From Aplysia californica (lineage: Eukaryota), in NCBI RefSeq assembly GCF_000002075.1, contig NW_004797628.1, positions 116,157-179,932 on the forward strand: a DNA stretch of 63,776 nt. The letters are read 5' to 3'. The notes beneath the pieces are model-generated. The model saw only the letters and a program-made list of their open reading frames with translations. It was not told the origin of the DNA and ran no database searches. Of this stretch, positions 61,101-63,776 are shown one piece after another. The stretch's first letter is position 1. Each line of letters begins with the position of its first letter. Made by a program: the position numbers and the translations under genes.

Positions 61101-63428
61101 GGCCAGAGAATCAGTTCCATTCCTTGGTTCAGCAAGTTTCGATGAAGTTAAATTAGGTGAGGTGACAGCATCATCAGGATCAAAGAAAAAAAGATCGTCT
61201 GGCTTAGGTAACAAAAGTTCTAAACAACTTTCTGCTTCCTTTGCACAGTCATCTATTTCTGACTTGGTCTCTGAGGAAGAAAGAAATATAATATACATGC
61301 TCTTTTCTGTTACGCTATAGAAATTCCAAAATACAAATGACATTAACCTACTATGAGATTATTATTCTAGTTCAATTTTTTACATACATATATCAACCAC
61401 TCAGTACAAGACTCCATCATTTGTCACTTTTCAAAATGGTGTAAGGAAGACTCTTGCACTAAGCAGTCTAAATGTATTTTGGGTCCAATATGTCATTTGC
61501 ATTTAATATAGTTCAGATCCACAGTGTTACATATCTCAACCACACTTCATGCTCTTAATGTTTACAACTACAAAATCACAGTTTCCCACACATGAAAATA
61601 AATCACAATGCAACCACAAATTGGATAAGGTGAGCTAAGAAAAAAACAGCAAATAAAATTGCTTTATGTGATCACCCGCATACAATTGTCCAAAATTTGC
61701 CCTTTCAGTGTGACAAACCACAAGATTGACAACAGAGACTATTAATTTAATATGGACTAACATAAACAATAACAACTTTTAGAATTCCAGTAATCATGTC
61801 ACATCTTAGGGGATTCAAATGATAAGAAGGGAGAAGATGGACAGTACTTTCCTTTGATTTTGATAGCAGCTGTCTGCTGAACTTTAAATTCCCCTGCTTC
61901 TAAACATAGATAAACATAAGCCACATAAATATCATTGATTCATTATTAAAACTAGATTCTTAACCAGTAATAGCCCCCCCCCCCCTCCCAAAACAAAGAA
62001 AATCACAGGATGACCAACCTGAAATTTCCTGTTCAACTTTACGCAGCTTATCTGCCATGATTTTTTTCTTTCTTCTCTCCTCCTCCTCAATCCTTTGCTG
62101 TTCAGCAAGATTTTGGGCTTGAATGTTAGTGAAATCAATCTGAGGAGAGACAAATAGCAACAGCAACAAAATGTAAGTACACATTTTCAGCACTGTGATA
62201 CTAGGGAGGAGGATGTGCAAGTGATCAAGAGGGTCAAACATTTGAGGAGAGACAGACAAACATGGCCTGTGCTCCACTGGGAGTTAAAAAGGGCACGAGA
62301 GAGAGAACAACATAGGAGGGAAGTAAAGAAAGCCTCAGAGACCAGAAAGAGGAATTTAATAAGTTTTAATTAAAAGCAAACAAATTTAGAAATTTTGCTG
62401 TTGCTACTACTGTGGAATTAGATGGGCCAACCAAGATAAAAGGGCAACTGCAAGCACTTATTGAGCAGTTTTCTCAACCAAATTTTTTAAAAGTAGCGTT
62501 ATAATCAAGGCAAATTGATGAAATATTTCAAACCCATTACCTCCAAAAATCCACTCACATTTTTGCAGTTTTTTAGGTAGTCATATCCAATGACCAGCTT
62601 CCTATATCCTTGACCAAACTTATCATACCATCTCTGTACAGCATGCAGAGTGTCAGTCTTCAGTTTCTTGGCAACAGACTTCGGTGGGGGCAGTGGCTGC
62701 TTCACCTCTGTCTCTACAATTTTGACATTCATGGAAATAGATATAATTAAACACACACACATACATAATAAAANNNNNNNNNNNNNNNNNNNNNNNNNNN
62801 NNNNNNNNNNNNNNNNNNNNNNNNNNNNNNNNNNNNNNNNNNNNNNNNNNNNNNNNNNNNNNNNNNNNNNNNNNNNNNNNNNNNNNNNNNNNNNNNNNNN
62901 NNNNNNNNNNNNNNNNNNNNNNNNNNNGCCACTATCAAATGTAAAGTAAGCAGGGAATTCTGTATTTCTTTCAAACTATGCGAGCAAAAGATTACCAAAG
63001 CAAACGAGCAAATGAATACTTCCAAGATTGTTCATTCTAAAAACTGAATTTAAAGGAATGAATGAAATAAAAAAAAAAGTAAAATTTGTGTTAAAAAAAA
63101 GAGCAGCACTGTTCATATACATGCACCTTTTTAAGCAACATTTCAATATCAATACAGAACTTCCAATAAAAAAAAAAACCCCAACAACAAGCAAAAATGC
63201 CATAACAGTTTAAAATTATTATAGATTCTTAGCAGTAACATTTTGGTATTACCAGCTGTTAAAGCAAGAAAATCTTGAAGGTGAGTGACTAGAATTTCTC
63301 GAAATGCATGAGATCTGTTGAACAATTCGTCTGCCACTTGAAATGCTGACAGTCGTACTTCAGAATGCTTTTTCTTCAGATGTCTCATGATGAGTAAAAA
63401 AGCAAAGCGAACATAGTCATCAGACTTT
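49166..63428 (-). CDS. UVSSA: UV-stimulated scaffold protein A (5'-partial; 13 coding exons in window)
   Basis: Phase-compatible GT-AG exons 63428-63253, 62713-62559, 62139-62019, 61270-60675, 59726-59585, 58848-58771, 58292-58112, 56453-56298, 54261-54201, 53100-52978, 51591-51465, 50555-50327, 49262-49166. Motifs: [124 protein letters not shown]. Confidence 0.95.
53975..54048 (-). mobile_element. tRNA(Asp)-derived SINE head, degenerate (related copy ~51232-51310, +)
   Basis: gtggtgtagcgattgg..ctGTCacacgcaggagac....gattcctgactggggag. Confidence 0.4.
54527..55566. mobile_element. piggyBac-like non-autonomous element in a UVSSA intron
   Basis: TTAA|CTCATTCGCTACG ... CGTAGCGAATGAG|TTAA: 13-bp perfect TIR and TTAA TSD. 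Confidence 0.85.
60195..60520 (-). mobile_element. tRNA-headed CORE-like SINE with L2-type tail
   Basis: tcctagtggttagg A box, gggttcgg B box, gtgtccttgggaaaggcact core, aatgggtaccca, tail aagcgcatagag...gctataaaaatgctatctattataatt. Confidence 0.7.
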
Positions 63429-63776
63429 CTGAGAAAAAAAAAAAAAAAGTTGAGGTCAATTATATTCTTACCTCTAGCTTCATCAAAGGGTACAAACAGC
63501 TGAATAGGATGTAACCTTTTCATGAATGCAGTCACACCTAAATTACACTTAAAAATCAATTGAGGTTGCCTTGTTGTAACAATATTTTAAGCTGTAACAA
63601 AACTATACTACATTCAATTGAAAAATTAAAGGGTGCAGCTAATTATTACTGTATTGTCTTCTTGGCTCAAAAATGTCTTAAAAAATGTATACTTAAACTA
63701 GTCCCATCCTTTAGCATTCCGTAATGAGATCCAATCTTGACAACTTTTTTTTAAAAATGAACTTTGTTCACAAGGA

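Noticed and set aside
60603-61343. Stand-alone 246-aa acidic protein
   Set aside because: It is the large internal UVSSA exon (61270-60675) plus intron read-through.

Overview
AT-rich eukaryotic (invertebrate, probably gastropod mollusc; inference from repeat style and gene sequences) genomic window with several N gaps. All genes lie on the minus strand: (1) an intronless, divergent actin (711-1859); (2) a complete 5-exon RPS15 gene (16315-25524) with a TCT/5'TOP start and several intronic H/ACA snoRNA-like hairpins; (3) 13 coding exons of UVSSA (49166-63428; first coding exon lies beyond the window). At 6.8-14.4 kb is a nested stack of DNA transposons built around a decayed Academ(X)-type element (XPG/PIN-like nuclease plus Cys-rich finger). 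Between RPS15 and UVSSA (26009-46255) is a gapped tandem array of a ~7.9 kb unit. Each unit carries a fossil Mag-clade Gypsy LTR element, a MULE-like MITE, tRNA-like segments and an intronless, acidic, non-histone ORF whose 3' region holds a canonical replication-dependent histone mRNA stem-loop (GGCCCT-TTTA-AGGGCC-ACCA). This histone-style but non-histone tandem gene is the most unusual feature of the window.
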